Assembly (NCBI GenBank): GCA_965369865.1
Contig: CBDURU010000111.1
Coordinates: 1-11,925, forward strand
Direction of reading: 5' to 3'
Length of the DNA: 11,925 bases
Origin: an uncultured bacterium
Lineage (GTDB): Bacteria; JAJVIF01; JAPKYR01
In this document: positions 1 to 9,367 of the stretch, in pieces
How the letters are laid out: each line of letters begins with the position of its first letter
Position numbering within the stretch: position 1 is the first letter of the stretch
Position numbers and translations under genes: made by a program
The notes under the pieces: model-generated
The model's database searches: none
Told to the model about the DNA's origin: nothing
What the model saw: only the letters and a program-made list of their open reading frames with translations

Positions 1-39
1 AGCAGGAGAACTCCGTCTCTCCTTGACTTTACTTACCAT
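1..39 (-). CDS. Possible N-terminus of an unidentified downstream gene (MVSKVKERRSSPA..., truncated by the window edge)
   Basis: ATG at 39 preceded by a GGGGA SD-like sequence; open to the window edge. Only 13 codons are visible, and they do not resemble the RpsL N-terminus. Confidence 0.3.
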   Translation of the reverse strand, partial: MVSKVKERRSSPA

Positions 40-119
40 GGATGTCCCCGGTTTTCCAAATCCCAGCAATAATCATATATCCAGCACTTAAAAAAGCACC
101 ATTCGGCATGTCCCCGTGA

Positions 120-148
120 TTTATACAATTTCAAGTAGGATTGGTCTA
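120..148 (-). promoter_or_regulatory. Candidate sigma70-type promoter for the next gene to the left
   Basis: Minus strand TAGACC (148-143), 17-nt spacer, TATAAA (125-120), immediately downstream of the terminator. Confidence 0.35.
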
Positions 149-156
149 AATCGGTT

Positions 157-196
157 AAAAAAATACCCGGGAGATTTTCCCGGGCATCATTTTTTT
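157..196 (-). terminator. Rho-independent terminator of the rpoBC operon (possibly bidirectional)
   Basis: Minus strand ATGCCCGGGA-AAATC-TCCCGGGTAT followed by a T run, ~25 nt after the rpoC stop. A T7 run also lies on the plus side (190-196). Confidence 0.88.
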
Positions 197-213
197 CACT
201 GTTTACTCAAATC

Positions 214-3200
214 TTATCTTGAACGTGGTGGAGCTACCATTTCATCGTCATCATAGTCGGCGGGATTAATCTCGACCGGTTCTTCCGGCTCGGGCTGGTC
301 ATCTTCCACACCTTCAGCATTCGCGACAAATGTGCGGAAATCCTTCCGACCCGTGCCAACCGGGACAAGGCGTCCGATGATTACGTTTTCCTTGAGACCC
401 CTGAGATAATCGACACGGCCTTCGACCGCGGCGTTTGTCAGGACCTTGGTGGTTTCCTGGAAGCTCGATGCAGAAAGGAAACTTTCGCTGAACAGGCTGG
501 CTTTTGAAATACCAAGAAGCACATGTTCGGCCTTCGGTGGTTTCAATTTCTGTTTCTCATGTTCAGCGATAATTTTATCGAGAGTATGGATCTCGATCAG
601 GTCGCCTTCGAGCAGGTCACTGTCACCGGAGTCAGTAATTTTCTTGAATTTGAGCATCTGGCGAACAATTACCTCGATATGTTTATCGTTAGTGTTGACG
701 CCCTGGCCTTTGTAAATCGCCTGGACTTCATCCACCAGGAACTGAGAGGTTACCCGTACACCTGAAAGCTGGAGCATTTCCCGTGGATTAATAAGTCCCC
801 TGGTCAATGGCTTACCCTTCTTGATGCGTTCACCGTCAGCGACGATCAGCGTCTTGCCAGTGAAAGTAGCCTCGTCGAATGTAACTTCCTTGGATTTTGA
901 CCCGGCACGAGGACGAATCGTAACGAGCAGGGGTTCCCGGTGAATCTTCACCTTTCCGGAGATCGGGGTGATTACCGCGCCTTCCTTGTGATACCTTGCT
1001 TCGAACAGCTCGAACAGGAGCTCAACCCGGGGCAGACCCTGGGTAATGTCGTACTGTCCGACTCCGGCGATTCCACCGGTATGGAAGGTACGCATGGTAA
1101 GCTGGGTGCCCGGCTCGCCGATCGACTGGGCGGCAATAATTCCAATCGGAGTTCCAATTTCGGCACTTCGGCCTGTCCCGAGGTCCATTCCGTAACATTT
1201 TCCGCAGACACCTTTAATCGAAGCGCACGCCAGAACACTGCGTACGTTAATCGATTTGATTTTCAGGGCTTCGATTTTTTCAGCGATTCCCTGGTCAATT
1301 AACTGGCCATTGGTAACTACGATCTCACCGGTTTCCTTATCGGTTAATGTCTCGGCCGCGAACCGGCCGATAATCCGTTCACTGAGTGTCTGTATAGGAG
1401 TTTTACCATCGAATGTGCCTGAAACTTTGATGTAGTCCTCGGTACCGCAATCCGGTTCGACAATCATGACATCCTGTGCAACATCAACAAGCCTGCGTGT
1501 CAGGTAGCCTGAATCGGCGGTTCTGAGGGCAGTATCGGCAAGGCCCTTTCGAGCGCCATGAGTGCTGATGAAGTACTCCAGGACCGACAGGCCCTCGCGG
1601 AAGTTAGACTTGATGGGCAGCTCAATAATTCGGCCTGTCGGATCGGCCATCAAACCTCGCAACGCGGCCAATTGCTTGATCTGGCTTACATTACCCCGTG
1701 CACCCGAATGAGCCATCATGAAAATGGGATTGAGTTCACCGAAGTTTTTCATCATCAGATCTGTGACCTTGCTGGTAATTTCGGTCCAGGATTTTATCGT
1801 ATCGATATACCTGTCTTCCTCAAGCTGCTTGATTAACCTGAGTTTTTCATTCTCGGGTTTGGAAGACTTATTGACTTTTGCCGATTCTCTCTCGAACTTC
1901 GCAATATATTTCTCAACTTTCTTATCGCCCTCTTCAATGAGACCCCATTTTTCATCGGGAATCTTTACGTCATCCATGGAGATAGTCAGGCCTGCGATCG
2001 TAGCGTACTTAAATCCCAGGCTTTTTATCAGGTCAAGAACATCGACTGTCTTCGCCACACCATATTTCTTGTGGATATCACCGATGATCGCATTGACATC
2101 CTTCTTCAGGATGGTCCTGTTAGTAAATGGCAAATCATCGGGAGTTATGGCGTTGAAGAGCACCCGCCCCATGGTGGTAACGACAGACCCATTTTCGATC
2201 GGGTAGGTTTTCCTGGGATCCAGATAAATTACCGACTTGTTCGGGACCCGTACCCTGACCAGGTCCTGCAATCCGACCTCACCCAGATCATGCGCCAATT
2301 TGAGATCATCAATATCCGTAAACAATTTAAGATCCAGCTTAAACTGTTTGCCTTTCTCGAGCGATTTTACGTACTTGTTAAAAACTTCTTTCATTTTGGG
2401 CAACAGTAAAGTCATATAGTGGAGCCCGATAACCATATCGTGAGAGGGACCGACAATAGGCTTTCCGTCCGCCGGTAGCAGGATATTGTTAGCCGACAGC
2501 ATCAGTATTCTTGCTTCAGCCTGTGCGGCAAGAGATAACGGGATATGTACCGCCATCTGGTCGCCATCAAAGTCGGCGTTGAACGCCGCGCAAACCATCG
2601 GATGGATCTGGATTGCTTTTCCCTCGATCAGGACCGGCTCGAAAGCCTGGATGCCCAGCCTGTGCAGCGTGGGTGCACGATTCAGGAGTACCGGGTTGCC
2701 CTTGATAACCTCATCGAGTACATCCCATACCCTCGAATCCATCTGCTCGACCAGGGTTTTCGCATTCTTGATCTGGGGTGCGTAGCCCTTGTCGACAAGT
2801 TTCTTCAGAACGAACGGCTTGAAAAACTCGAGCGCCATGACTTTCGGCAGCCCGCACTGGTGGAGTTTCAGTTCGGGACCTACAACAATTACGGATCGGC
2901 CAGAATAATCAACCCGCTTTCCGAGCAGGTTCTGCCGGAAACGTCCCTGTTTACCCTTTAAAAGGTCTGAAAGGGACTTGATGGGACGGTTGTTAGTTCC
3001 GGTGACAGCCTTACCTCTCCGGCCATTGTCTATTAAAGCATCGACGGCTTCCTGGAGCATTCTTTTTTCATTACGAATGATGCTTTCAGGAGCCTTGATG
3101 TCAATGAGTCTTTTGAGACGGTTGTTCCTGTTGATAACACGACGGTAAAGGTCATTCAGGTCGCTGGCGGCGAAACGGCCGCCCTCGAGCTGAACCATCG

Positions 3201-4515
3201 GGCGAAGTTCCGGAGGAATTACAGGCAGGACCATCAATACCATCCATTCCGGCTTGTTACCACTCCTTAGAAATGACCTGATAACAGATAAACGCTTGAT
3301 ATATTTAGCCCGTTTCGCGCCCTTGGAAATCTGGATATCTTCCCTGAGTTTCTTAGCGTCCTCAACAAGATTCACTTCCTTGAGCAGTTTCTTGACAGCC
3401 CCGGCGCCCATCTCCGCCTGCCAGATTTCGTCAGGATTTATCCCGAGACGCTCACGGATGACATCGCCAAGCATACCGAGCCTGCGGTGTTCGCTCTCGG
3501 AAAGGAGCTTTTTTTTCTCGATAGTAGGAAGGAGCTCGATCGCGGCCACAAGTTCATCGGCGCGACGGAGGTTTTCCAGCCTTCGTGCTTCGTTGACCGC
3601 CTGCTGCTGGATATCGAGTAATGGGAGTGTCTGGATTCCAGCCTCAAGAATTTTAGTGGCGGCATCCTTTTTAATCTTGATGCCGGCTTCAACCATGACC
3701 TCGCCGGTCTCTGGGTCGACAATCGGTTCCGCGGACCGGTAGTCGTGCAGAATGGCTTCCATAAAGGCGGCAAACTCGACCAGGACCTCCTGATCTTCAT
3801 CGTCGAACGCGGAATATTCAAGGATCCCGACCTCGATCATTTTGGCGATCGCGTCGGCAGTAAGTACCTCTTTTTTCTTGGCGATTGCCTTGGTCTCACC
3901 GGGCAGGACAATTCGTTCCGAGACCTCATGAGGTTGCATTACCGAAAGAATCTGCTCGAGCAGAACCGGAAGGGAATAAGTATCAACCGCGGGATCCTCG
4001 TCCTTCATAGTGTGGATCGCTTCGATCTCTTCCTCAACTGCCAGCTCGATCTGTGGAAGAAGTTCCTCGACTTTATCCTTAAAGATTTCCGTAACGATAA
4101 AATTGATGTAATAGACAATTTTTTCCAATTCCTTCGAACTGACGTCCAGAAGGCTTGAGATACGGCCCGGAATGCCCTTCACGTACCATATATGGCAAAC
4201 CGGTGAAGACAGGGTGATGTGACCCATCCTTTCACGCCGCACTTTGGAATGGGTAACCTCGACCCCGCATTTCTCACAGGTAATTCCCCTGTAACGAGGT
4301 TTTTTGTACTTGCCGCAATAACACTCCCAGTCTTTCGAGGGTCCGAAAATACGTTCGCAGAACAGACCGTTCATTTCCGGTTTGAGCGTTCGATAATTTA
4401 TGGTCTCCGGTTTCTTAACCTCACCTCGTGACCAGCTCAGAATTATCTCCGGACTGGCAAGTCGGATTGCGACCACATTTATGTCTCGCAGCTGCAATGA
4501 TTTATGTATGGCCAT
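214..4515 (-). CDS. rpoC: DNA-directed RNA polymerase subunit beta'
   Basis: Zn ribbon CYCGKY...CEKC, catalytic NADFDGD, bridge helix [23 protein letters not shown], trigger loop QLTMRTFH, second Zn site (DCGT / LAC / CGKC). Start trimmed to the ATG at 4515 (MAIHK), which follows AGGATGTGAT. Confidence 0.99.
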   Translation of the reverse strand: MAIHKSLQLRDINVVAIRLASPEIILSWSRGEVKKPETINYRTLKPEMNGLFCERIFGPSKDWECYCGKYKKPRYRGITCEKCGVEVTHSKVRRERMGHITLSSPVCHIWYVKGIPGRISSLLDVSSKELEKIVYYINFIVTEIFKDKVEELLPQIELAVEEEIEAIHTMKDEDPAVDTYSLPVLLEQILSVMQPHEVSERIVLPGETKAIAKKKEVLTADAIAKMIEVGILEYSAFDDEDQEVLVEFAAFMEAILHDYRSAEPIVDPETGEVMVEAGIKIKKDAATKILEAGIQTLPLLDIQQQAVNEARRLENLRRADELVAAIELLPTIEKKKLLSESEHRRLGMLGDVIRERLGINPDEIWQAEMGAGAVKKLLKEVNLVEDAKKLREDIQISKGAKRAKYIKRLSVIRSFLRSGNKPEWMVLMVLPVIPPELRPMVQLEGGRFAASDLNDLYRRVINRNNRLKRLIDIKAPESIIRNEKRMLQEAVDALIDNGRRGKAVTGTNNRPIKSLSDLLKGKQGRFRQNLLGKRVDYSGRSVIVVGPELKLHQCGLPKVMALEFFKPFVLKKLVDKGYAPQIKNAKTLVEQMDSRVWDVLDEVIKGNPVLLNRAPTLHRLGIQAFEPVLIEGKAIQIHPMVCAAFNADFDGDQMAVHIPLSLAAQAEARILMLSANNILLPADGKPIVGPSHDMVIGLHYMTLLLPKMKEVFNKYVKSLEKGKQFKLDLKLFTDIDDLKLAHDLGEVGLQDLVRVRVPNKSVIYLDPRKTYPIENGSVVTTMGRVLFNAITPDDLPFTNRTILKKDVNAIIGDIHKKYGVAKTVDVLDLIKSLGFKYATIAGLTISMDDVKIPDEKWGLIEEGDKKVEKYIAKFERESAKVNKSSKPENEKLRLIKQLEEDRYIDTIKSWTEITSKVTDLMMKNFGELNPIFMMAHSGARGNVSQIKQLAALRGLMADPTGRIIELPIKSNFREGLSVLEYFISTHGARKGLADTALRTADSGYLTRRLVDVAQDVMIVEPDCGTEDYIKVSGTFDGKTPIQTLSERIIGRFAAETLTDKETGEIVVTNGQLIDQGIAEKIEALKIKSINVRSVLACASIKGVCGKCYGMDLGTGRSAEIGTPIGIIAAQSIGEPGTQLTMRTFHTGGIAGVGQYDITQGLPRVELLFELFEARYHKEGAVITPISGKVKIHREPLLVTIRPRAGSKSKEVTFDEATFTGKTLIVADGERIKKGKPLTRGLINPREMLQLSGVRVTSQFLVDEVQAIYKGQGVNTNDKHIEVIVRQMLKFKKITDSGDSDLLEGDLIEIHTLDKIIAEHEKQKLKPPKAEHVLLGISKASLFSESFLSASSFQETTKVLTNAAVEGRVDYLRGLKENVIIGRLVPVGTGRKDFRTFVANAEGVEDDQPEPEEPVEINPADYDDDEMVAPPRSR

Positions 4516-4599
4516 ATCACATCCTGCCTGCAAGTTTTTTTTTAATTATTACAATATTACATTTCCCTGCCCGTACTCCCCGAACTATCGTTCAAACTT

Positions 4600-7500
4600 T
4601 TATTCTTCGTCGCCTGATTTACCAGCGACAACCTCTAATTTTTCATCCCTGGTTTGAGGAACATTGGGTTTAGGTTCCTCAAACTTGACTTCGAGACACA
4701 AACCCTGGAGTTCCTTGACAAGAACATTGAAGCTTTCGGGAACACCCGGCTCCTCGATCAAATCACCCTTGACAATGGCTTCGTACGTTCGGTTCCTGCC
4801 CTCGACATCGTCAGACTTGATAGTGAGGATCTCCTGCAGGATATGTGCCGCGCCGTACGCTTCCAGTGCCCAGACTTCCATCTCTCCGAACCTCTGTCCG
4901 CCAAATTGCGCTTTACCACCGAGAGGTTGCTGGGTAACAAGGGCATACGAACCGACCGACCTTGCGTGGATTTTATCCTCAACAAGGTGGTTGAGTTTCA
5001 GCATGTAAATCTGTCCAACCGTTATTTTACGATCGAACGGTATGCCGTATTTACCATCGAATAACAAGGTTTTCCCATCGGTAGGAAGCCCTGCCTCAAT
5101 AAGAGCATCCTGGATTTCGTCTTCAGTCGCCCCGGCGAATACCGGTGTGATGGCACGCCAGCCGAGTTTCTCGGCAGCCCATCCAAGATGGGTTTCCATG
5201 ATCTGGCCAAGGTTCATTCGCGACGGCACTCCAAGCGGGTTAAGGATTATGTCGATCGGGGTGCCGTCTTCCATGAACGGCATATCCTCGACCGGTACGA
5301 TTTTTGAAATGACGCCTTTGTTTCCGTGGCGTCCCGCCATTTTGTCCCCCTCCTGGATTTTACGTCGTTGCCCGATGTATACCCTTACCAGTTTATTTAC
5401 GCCCGGAGGTAACTCGTCCCCATTGGCGCGGCTGAAGATTTTTGTCTTAATGACCTTACCGCGGTCGCCATGAGGAACCCTCAACGAAGTGTTCCTGACA
5501 TCGAGGGATTTTTCCCCGAAAATCGCACGGAGGAGTTTTTCCTCCGGAGTCGGTTCGGTTTCACCTTTTGGGGTGACCTTTCCGACGAGAATATCCTCGC
5601 TCTTGACCTCGGTAGCCTCGACAACGACGCCATATTCGTCAAGGTTCCTGAGCATGTTCTCGGACAGGTGTGGAATGTCCCTGGTAATCTCTTCCGGACC
5701 CAGTTTCGTATCCCTGGCTTCACACTCGTACTTCTCGATGTGAATCGAGGTGTAGACATCATCCATCACAAGCCTCTGGGACAGGATGATAGCGTCCTCA
5801 AAGTTGAAACCTCTCCAGGGGAGGAAAGCGCAGAGAATGTTCTTTCCAAGTGCGAGTTCCCCTTCCCTTGTTGAGAACCCGTCACCAATTACATCCCCGG
5901 CTTTAACACGCTCGCCCAGCCCGATAAGCGGACGCTGGTTCATACAGGTGCCCTGGTTCGACCTGACAAACTTCATGAGCCCGTAAATATCTTTTTCGCC
6001 GCTGGAGGTTTCGATGACAATTCGTTCTGAGCTAAGTTGAATGACCTTGCCCGACCTTTTTGCAATTACCACAGCACCGGAATCGTAAGCAATTTTTTTC
6101 TCCATTCCGGTTCCGACAAGCGGCACCTCGGGGGTCATGAGAGGAACTGCCTGGCGCTGCATGTTGGAGCCCATTAATGCACGGTTTGCATCGTCATGCT
6201 CAAGGAAGGGAATCAATGCCGTGGTAGCACTGACAATCTGCATCGGGCTGACATCCATGTAATGGATATCATCACGATGGATCATCGAGATCCGGTCCTT
6301 CGACCTGCAGTGAACCCACTCTTCTATAAACTTGTTCCGACTGTCAAGTTTAGCATTCGCCTCGGCGACATTGAATATGTCTTCTTCATCAGCGGACAGG
6401 TACTCAACCTTATCCAGGACTTTTCCCCGTTTCACAACCCGGTACGGCGTTTCAATGAAACCATACCGGTTGATCTTCGCGTAGGAGGCCAGTGAACCGA
6501 TCAGACCGATATTCGGCCCTTCCGGCGATTCGATCGGGCATATTCGCCCATAGTGCGAGTGATGAACGTCCCTGACCTCAAATCCGGTTCTCTCACGCGA
6601 GAGACCACCCGGCCCAAGTGCGGAGAGACGGCGTTTATGTGTCAGCTCGGCAAGCGGGTTGGTCTGGTCCATGAACTGGGACAATTGTGACGATCCGAAG
6701 AATTCCTTGAGCACTGCAATCACACTGCGGGTATTGATCAGGAGTTGCGGGGTAAGCTTGTCATGGTCCTGAACCGACATGCGCTCCTTGGCTACACGTT
6801 CCATGCGTAGAAGCCCCTTACGGAAATGGTTCTGGATAAGCTCACCGACCGACCGAATACGTCGATTCCCGAGGTGATCGATATCATCAACATCGTTCGG
6901 GCCAACCGTAATCAGGTAACGGATGGTTTCAAGCAAATCGAGTTTGGTCAGGAACCTGATCGAGGGGGGAATCTCAAGGCCAAGCTTCTTGTTCATCTTG
7001 AACCGGCCTACGGGTGACAGATCGTACCGCCTGTCGTCGAAGAACCTTGATTCGAGGAGTGTTTTCGCGGTTTCAATTGTGGGCGGGTCGCCAGGCCTTA
7101 ATTTTTTGTAGATGTCCAGAAGGGCAGCCTGGTTGATTGACAGCTTAGGGTTTTGCTGCATGTGGGCATCAAGCTGCGGCAAGGCGGTTTCATAGGTTTG
7201 GAGAAGGCTCTGATCCATTTCCAGTGGCTCTATCTCAAATGCCACCGTCAGCCCGTCCGGGTAAATATTAGTGAGTTTAGCAGCCTGCTCGGAATTGATT
7301 CGCTCGCCCTCGCGAACGATCGGGTGTCCCCCTGACGGTGGACACAGGTCCTCGGGTGCGATCATATCTTCGAAAAGATATGGCTTGGCTTCGAGATGAA
7401 TCTCAATCGGGACATGGGAGATAATTTTTCGATCGGGATCGACATCAAAACCCAAACCCATGAGAAGATTAGTGACGGGAATTTTCCTCACCTTGTCGAG

Positions 7501-8073
7501 CCGGACAATCGTTGTGCCTGCAGCATCATACTCGACCTCCACCCAGGCACCCCGGTTCGGGATAATCCTGGCATAGTATGTGACTTTGCCGACAGGAGAG
7601 ACTTTCTCCATGAAATAAACACCGGGGCTCCTGACAAGCTGGCTGACAACCGCACGTTCAGCACCGTTGATAACGAATGTGCCCTGATCAGTCATGATCG
7701 GGAGATCCCCGAGAAAGACGTCGCTCTCAAGCATCTGGTTTGTAAGTTTGTTGACCAGTTTAAGCCTGAGCCTCAGCGCGGCGGAATATGTACGATCCTG
7801 GTCCTTGCAGGTGTTGATATCGGTCGTTGGGGGATCGATAAAATAATCAACGAACTGCAATTCCAGGTTGTCCGAGTAGCCCTTTATGGGGAATATACGG
7901 ACGAACATGTCCCTTAAACCCTGTTTCAGGAACCAGTTGAAAGAGTTCTTCTGGACCTCGATCAGGAAAGGAATTTCGTACCGGAGTTTTTCCGGGATCT
8001 TGGAGAAACTCCGTATTTCCCTCTTGTGGACCTGTAAATCAGAAGGAGTTGTTGCTGTCTTCTGTAGCGGCAT
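4600..8073 (-). CDS. rpoB: DNA-directed RNA polymerase subunit beta
   Basis: [10 protein letters not shown], the rifampicin region [58 protein letters not shown]. Start trimmed to the ATG at 8073, which follows an AAGGAG SD. Confidence 0.99.
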   Translation of the reverse strand: MPLQKTATTPSDLQVHKREIRSFSKIPEKLRYEIPFLIEVQKNSFNWFLKQGLRDMFVRIFPIKGYSDNLELQFVDYFIDPPTTDINTCKDQDRTYSAALRLRLKLVNKLTNQMLESDVFLGDLPIMTDQGTFVINGAERAVVSQLVRSPGVYFMEKVSPVGKVTYYARIIPNRGAWVEVEYDAAGTTIVRLDKVRKIPVTNLLMGLGFDVDPDRKIISHVPIEIHLEAKPYLFEDMIAPEDLCPPSGGHPIVREGERINSEQAAKLTNIYPDGLTVAFEIEPLEMDQSLLQTYETALPQLDAHMQQNPKLSINQAALLDIYKKLRPGDPPTIETAKTLLESRFFDDRRYDLSPVGRFKMNKKLGLEIPPSIRFLTKLDLLETIRYLITVGPNDVDDIDHLGNRRIRSVGELIQNHFRKGLLRMERVAKERMSVQDHDKLTPQLLINTRSVIAVLKEFFGSSQLSQFMDQTNPLAELTHKRRLSALGPGGLSRERTGFEVRDVHHSHYGRICPIESPEGPNIGLIGSLASYAKINRYGFIETPYRVVKRGKVLDKVEYLSADEEDIFNVAEANAKLDSRNKFIEEWVHCRSKDRISMIHRDDIHYMDVSPMQIVSATTALIPFLEHDDANRALMGSNMQRQAVPLMTPEVPLVGTGMEKKIAYDSGAVVIAKRSGKVIQLSSERIVIETSSGEKDIYGLMKFVRSNQGTCMNQRPLIGLGERVKAGDVIGDGFSTREGELALGKNILCAFLPWRGFNFEDAIILSQRLVMDDVYTSIHIEKYECEARDTKLGPEEITRDIPHLSENMLRNLDEYGVVVEATEVKSEDILVGKVTPKGETEPTPEEKLLRAIFGEKSLDVRNTSLRVPHGDRGKVIKTKIFSRANGDELPPGVNKLVRVYIGQRRKIQEGDKMAGRHGNKGVISKIVPVEDMPFMEDGTPIDIILNPLGVPSRMNLGQIMETHLGWAAEKLGWRAITPVFAGATEDEIQDALIEAGLPTDGKTLLFDGKYGIPFDRKITVGQIYMLKLNHLVEDKIHARSVGSYALVTQQPLGGKAQFGGQRFGEMEVWALEAYGAAHILQEILTIKSDDVEGRNRTYEAIVKGDLIEEPGVPESFNVLVKELQGLCLEVKFEEPKPNVPQTRDEKLEVVAGKSGDEE

Positions 8074-8109
8074 TCTTACGCTCCTTCGCATTATTTTTCA
8101 ATATTTTAA

Positions 8110-8290
8110 AAATCAGGATACAAAAACCCCCTGTCACCCTGAAAATTCAGAGTCTTACAAGGAAATCAGCGTCTTGATATTAGATTTACCCACTTGGGTC
8201 ACTTGGCATTTCCCTTGACAGGTCTGTCCGAAGGCTCATAGAGGATTACAGATCAGACCTATGAGGGGTCCTGCAATTTTAACAGGTACG
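8110..8290 (-). promoter_or_regulatory. Structured rplL-rpoB spacer (candidate rpoB leader/attenuator)
   Basis: Several inverted-repeat pairs: 8130-8136/8216-8222, 8158-8166/8208-8217, 8235-8241/8259-8265, 8220-8226/8254-8260, 8139-8143/8146-8150. The outer helix is followed on the mRNA by GGG-UUUUU. Confidence 0.45.
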
Positions 8291-8291
8291 T

Positions 8292-8675
8292 CTACTTGAC
8301 TGAAACTACACCACCGGCATCGGCCAGTTTCTTCTTAATCTCGTCCGCTTCTTCCTTGCTGACGCCTTCTTTTACAGCCTTTGGCGCAGCGTCTACAAGT
8401 GCTTTTGCGTCCTTAAGACCAAGTTCGGTAATTTCACGAACTGCCTTGATGACGGCAATTTTCTGGTCGCCGCATTCATCAAGAATTACATCGAAACTGG
8501 TCTGCTCATCAGCCGCGGCATCTCCGCCCGCGGCAGGGGCTGCGGCAGCAGGAGCTGCTGCCATCGGTTTTACATCCCATCGCTCCTGGAGTTCCTTTGT
8601 AAACTCATTAAGCTCGATTACGGTCCACTTCTCGATTTCCTCGAGTATTTTTTCTTGTGCTTCGTTAAGTGCCAC
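8292..8675 (-). CDS. rplL: 50S ribosomal protein L7/L12
   Basis: N-terminal dimerisation helices, Ala/Pro hinge, and C-terminal [42 protein letters not shown]. Start trimmed to the GTG at 8675, which follows a GGAGG SD; 127 aa. Confidence 0.97.
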   Translation of the reverse strand: MALNEAQEKILEEIEKWTVIELNEFTKELQERWDVKPMAAAPAAAAPAAGGDAAADEQTSFDVILDECGDQKIAVIKAVREITELGLKDAKALVDAAPKAVKEGVSKEEADEIKKKLADAGGVVSVK

Positions 8676-8795
8676 TTTAAAGCCTCCGGGGTCTTCCCCA
8701 TCTTGTTTAAATGTTGCGGTCATTTGCCCGATCGCAGAGGGCATATAGAAGCTATTTGCGTAACAGTCAGTTTTATTCTTTTAAATCTATTAAAT

Positions 8796-9329
8796 CTATG
8801 CCGCTTCCTCTTCCATCTTAGCCGCTTTCGCGTCAAGGGTGCCAACGAATTCCTGCAGCGGGGCTGTCAGGGTTCCGGCAAGGTCAACCATCGGTGCAAG
8901 GAGAATCGCGACAAACATACTCTTAAGTTCGTCCTTTGTCGGTAAAACGGCGAGTGCTCTAACCTCTTCAAGCGAAATCCTTCGACCGTCAAAGAAACCC
9001 GATACCACCTTGAATTCTGTATTGCGCTTCGCAAATTCATAGGCTGCCTTGGTTCCGGTAACCGCGTCATTCGTGCTGAAAATAAAAGCTATCTGCCCGG
9101 AAAGGTCCTGTTCCAGGTCCTTCATGCCAAGGTTTTTCAGGGCTATATCGGCAAGCGTGTTCTTTATAATGACCACATTACCACCGGTTTCCCGAACCTT
9201 GATCCGGAGATCTTCCATCGCGCTTACGGATAAACCTTTGTAATCGGCAATGACAATCGCCAGTGCTTTACCCGCCTGGTCCTGGAACCTGGTGACTTTT
9301 TCCTTTTTTATCTGTCGAGGTGAACTCAT
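8796..9329 (-). CDS. rplJ: 50S ribosomal protein L10
   Basis: ADYKGLSV..MEDLR, IIKNTLADIA, ALAVLPTKDEL; 177 aa; between rplA and rplL; AAGGTG SD-like sequence upstream. Confidence 0.96.
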   Translation of the reverse strand: MSSPRQIKKEKVTRFQDQAGKALAIVIADYKGLSVSAMEDLRIKVRETGGNVVIIKNTLADIALKNLGMKDLEQDLSGQIAFIFSTNDAVTGTKAAYEFAKRNTEFKVVSGFFDGRRISLEEVRALAVLPTKDELKSMFVAILLAPMVDLAGTLTAPLQEFVGTLDAKAAKMEEEAA

Positions 9330-9367
9330 ATCACACCTTATTTTTCAATTATCAGTTTTTAAATGGA

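Noticed and set aside
4516..4599. rpoB-rpoC fusion, split rpoC, or internal promoter (TGTAATA tandem, A9 run)
   Set aside because: rpoB has a normal stop and rpoC is a single intact ORF with its own SD. The AT-rich tract lacks a convincing -35.
6610..6700. Possible rifampicin-resistant RpoB
   Set aside because: Cluster I matches the sensitive consensus at the Q513, D516, H526, S531 and L533 equivalents.
214..8073. Inteins or introns in rpoB/rpoC explaining the inserts
   Set aside because: The inserts show no intein splice-junction (C...HN-C/S/T) or LAGLIDADG motifs, and the reading frames are continuous.
446..8218. Numerous 60-170 aa ORFs overlapping rpoB and rpoC
   Set aside because: They are antisense or alternative-frame shadows within essential genes, with no independent coding evidence.
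8215..8244. Perfect TTGACA on the plus strand as an antisense promoter
   Set aside because: There is no credible -10 at 16-18 nt (best is TAGAGG), and the hexamer is explained as part of an RNA helix.
8676..8744. 23-aa N-terminal extension of L7/L12 in the ORF track (likewise the short extensions of RpoB, RpoC and NusG)
   Set aside because: Downstream starts fit family lengths better and, for rplL, rpoB and rpoC, have better SD sequences.
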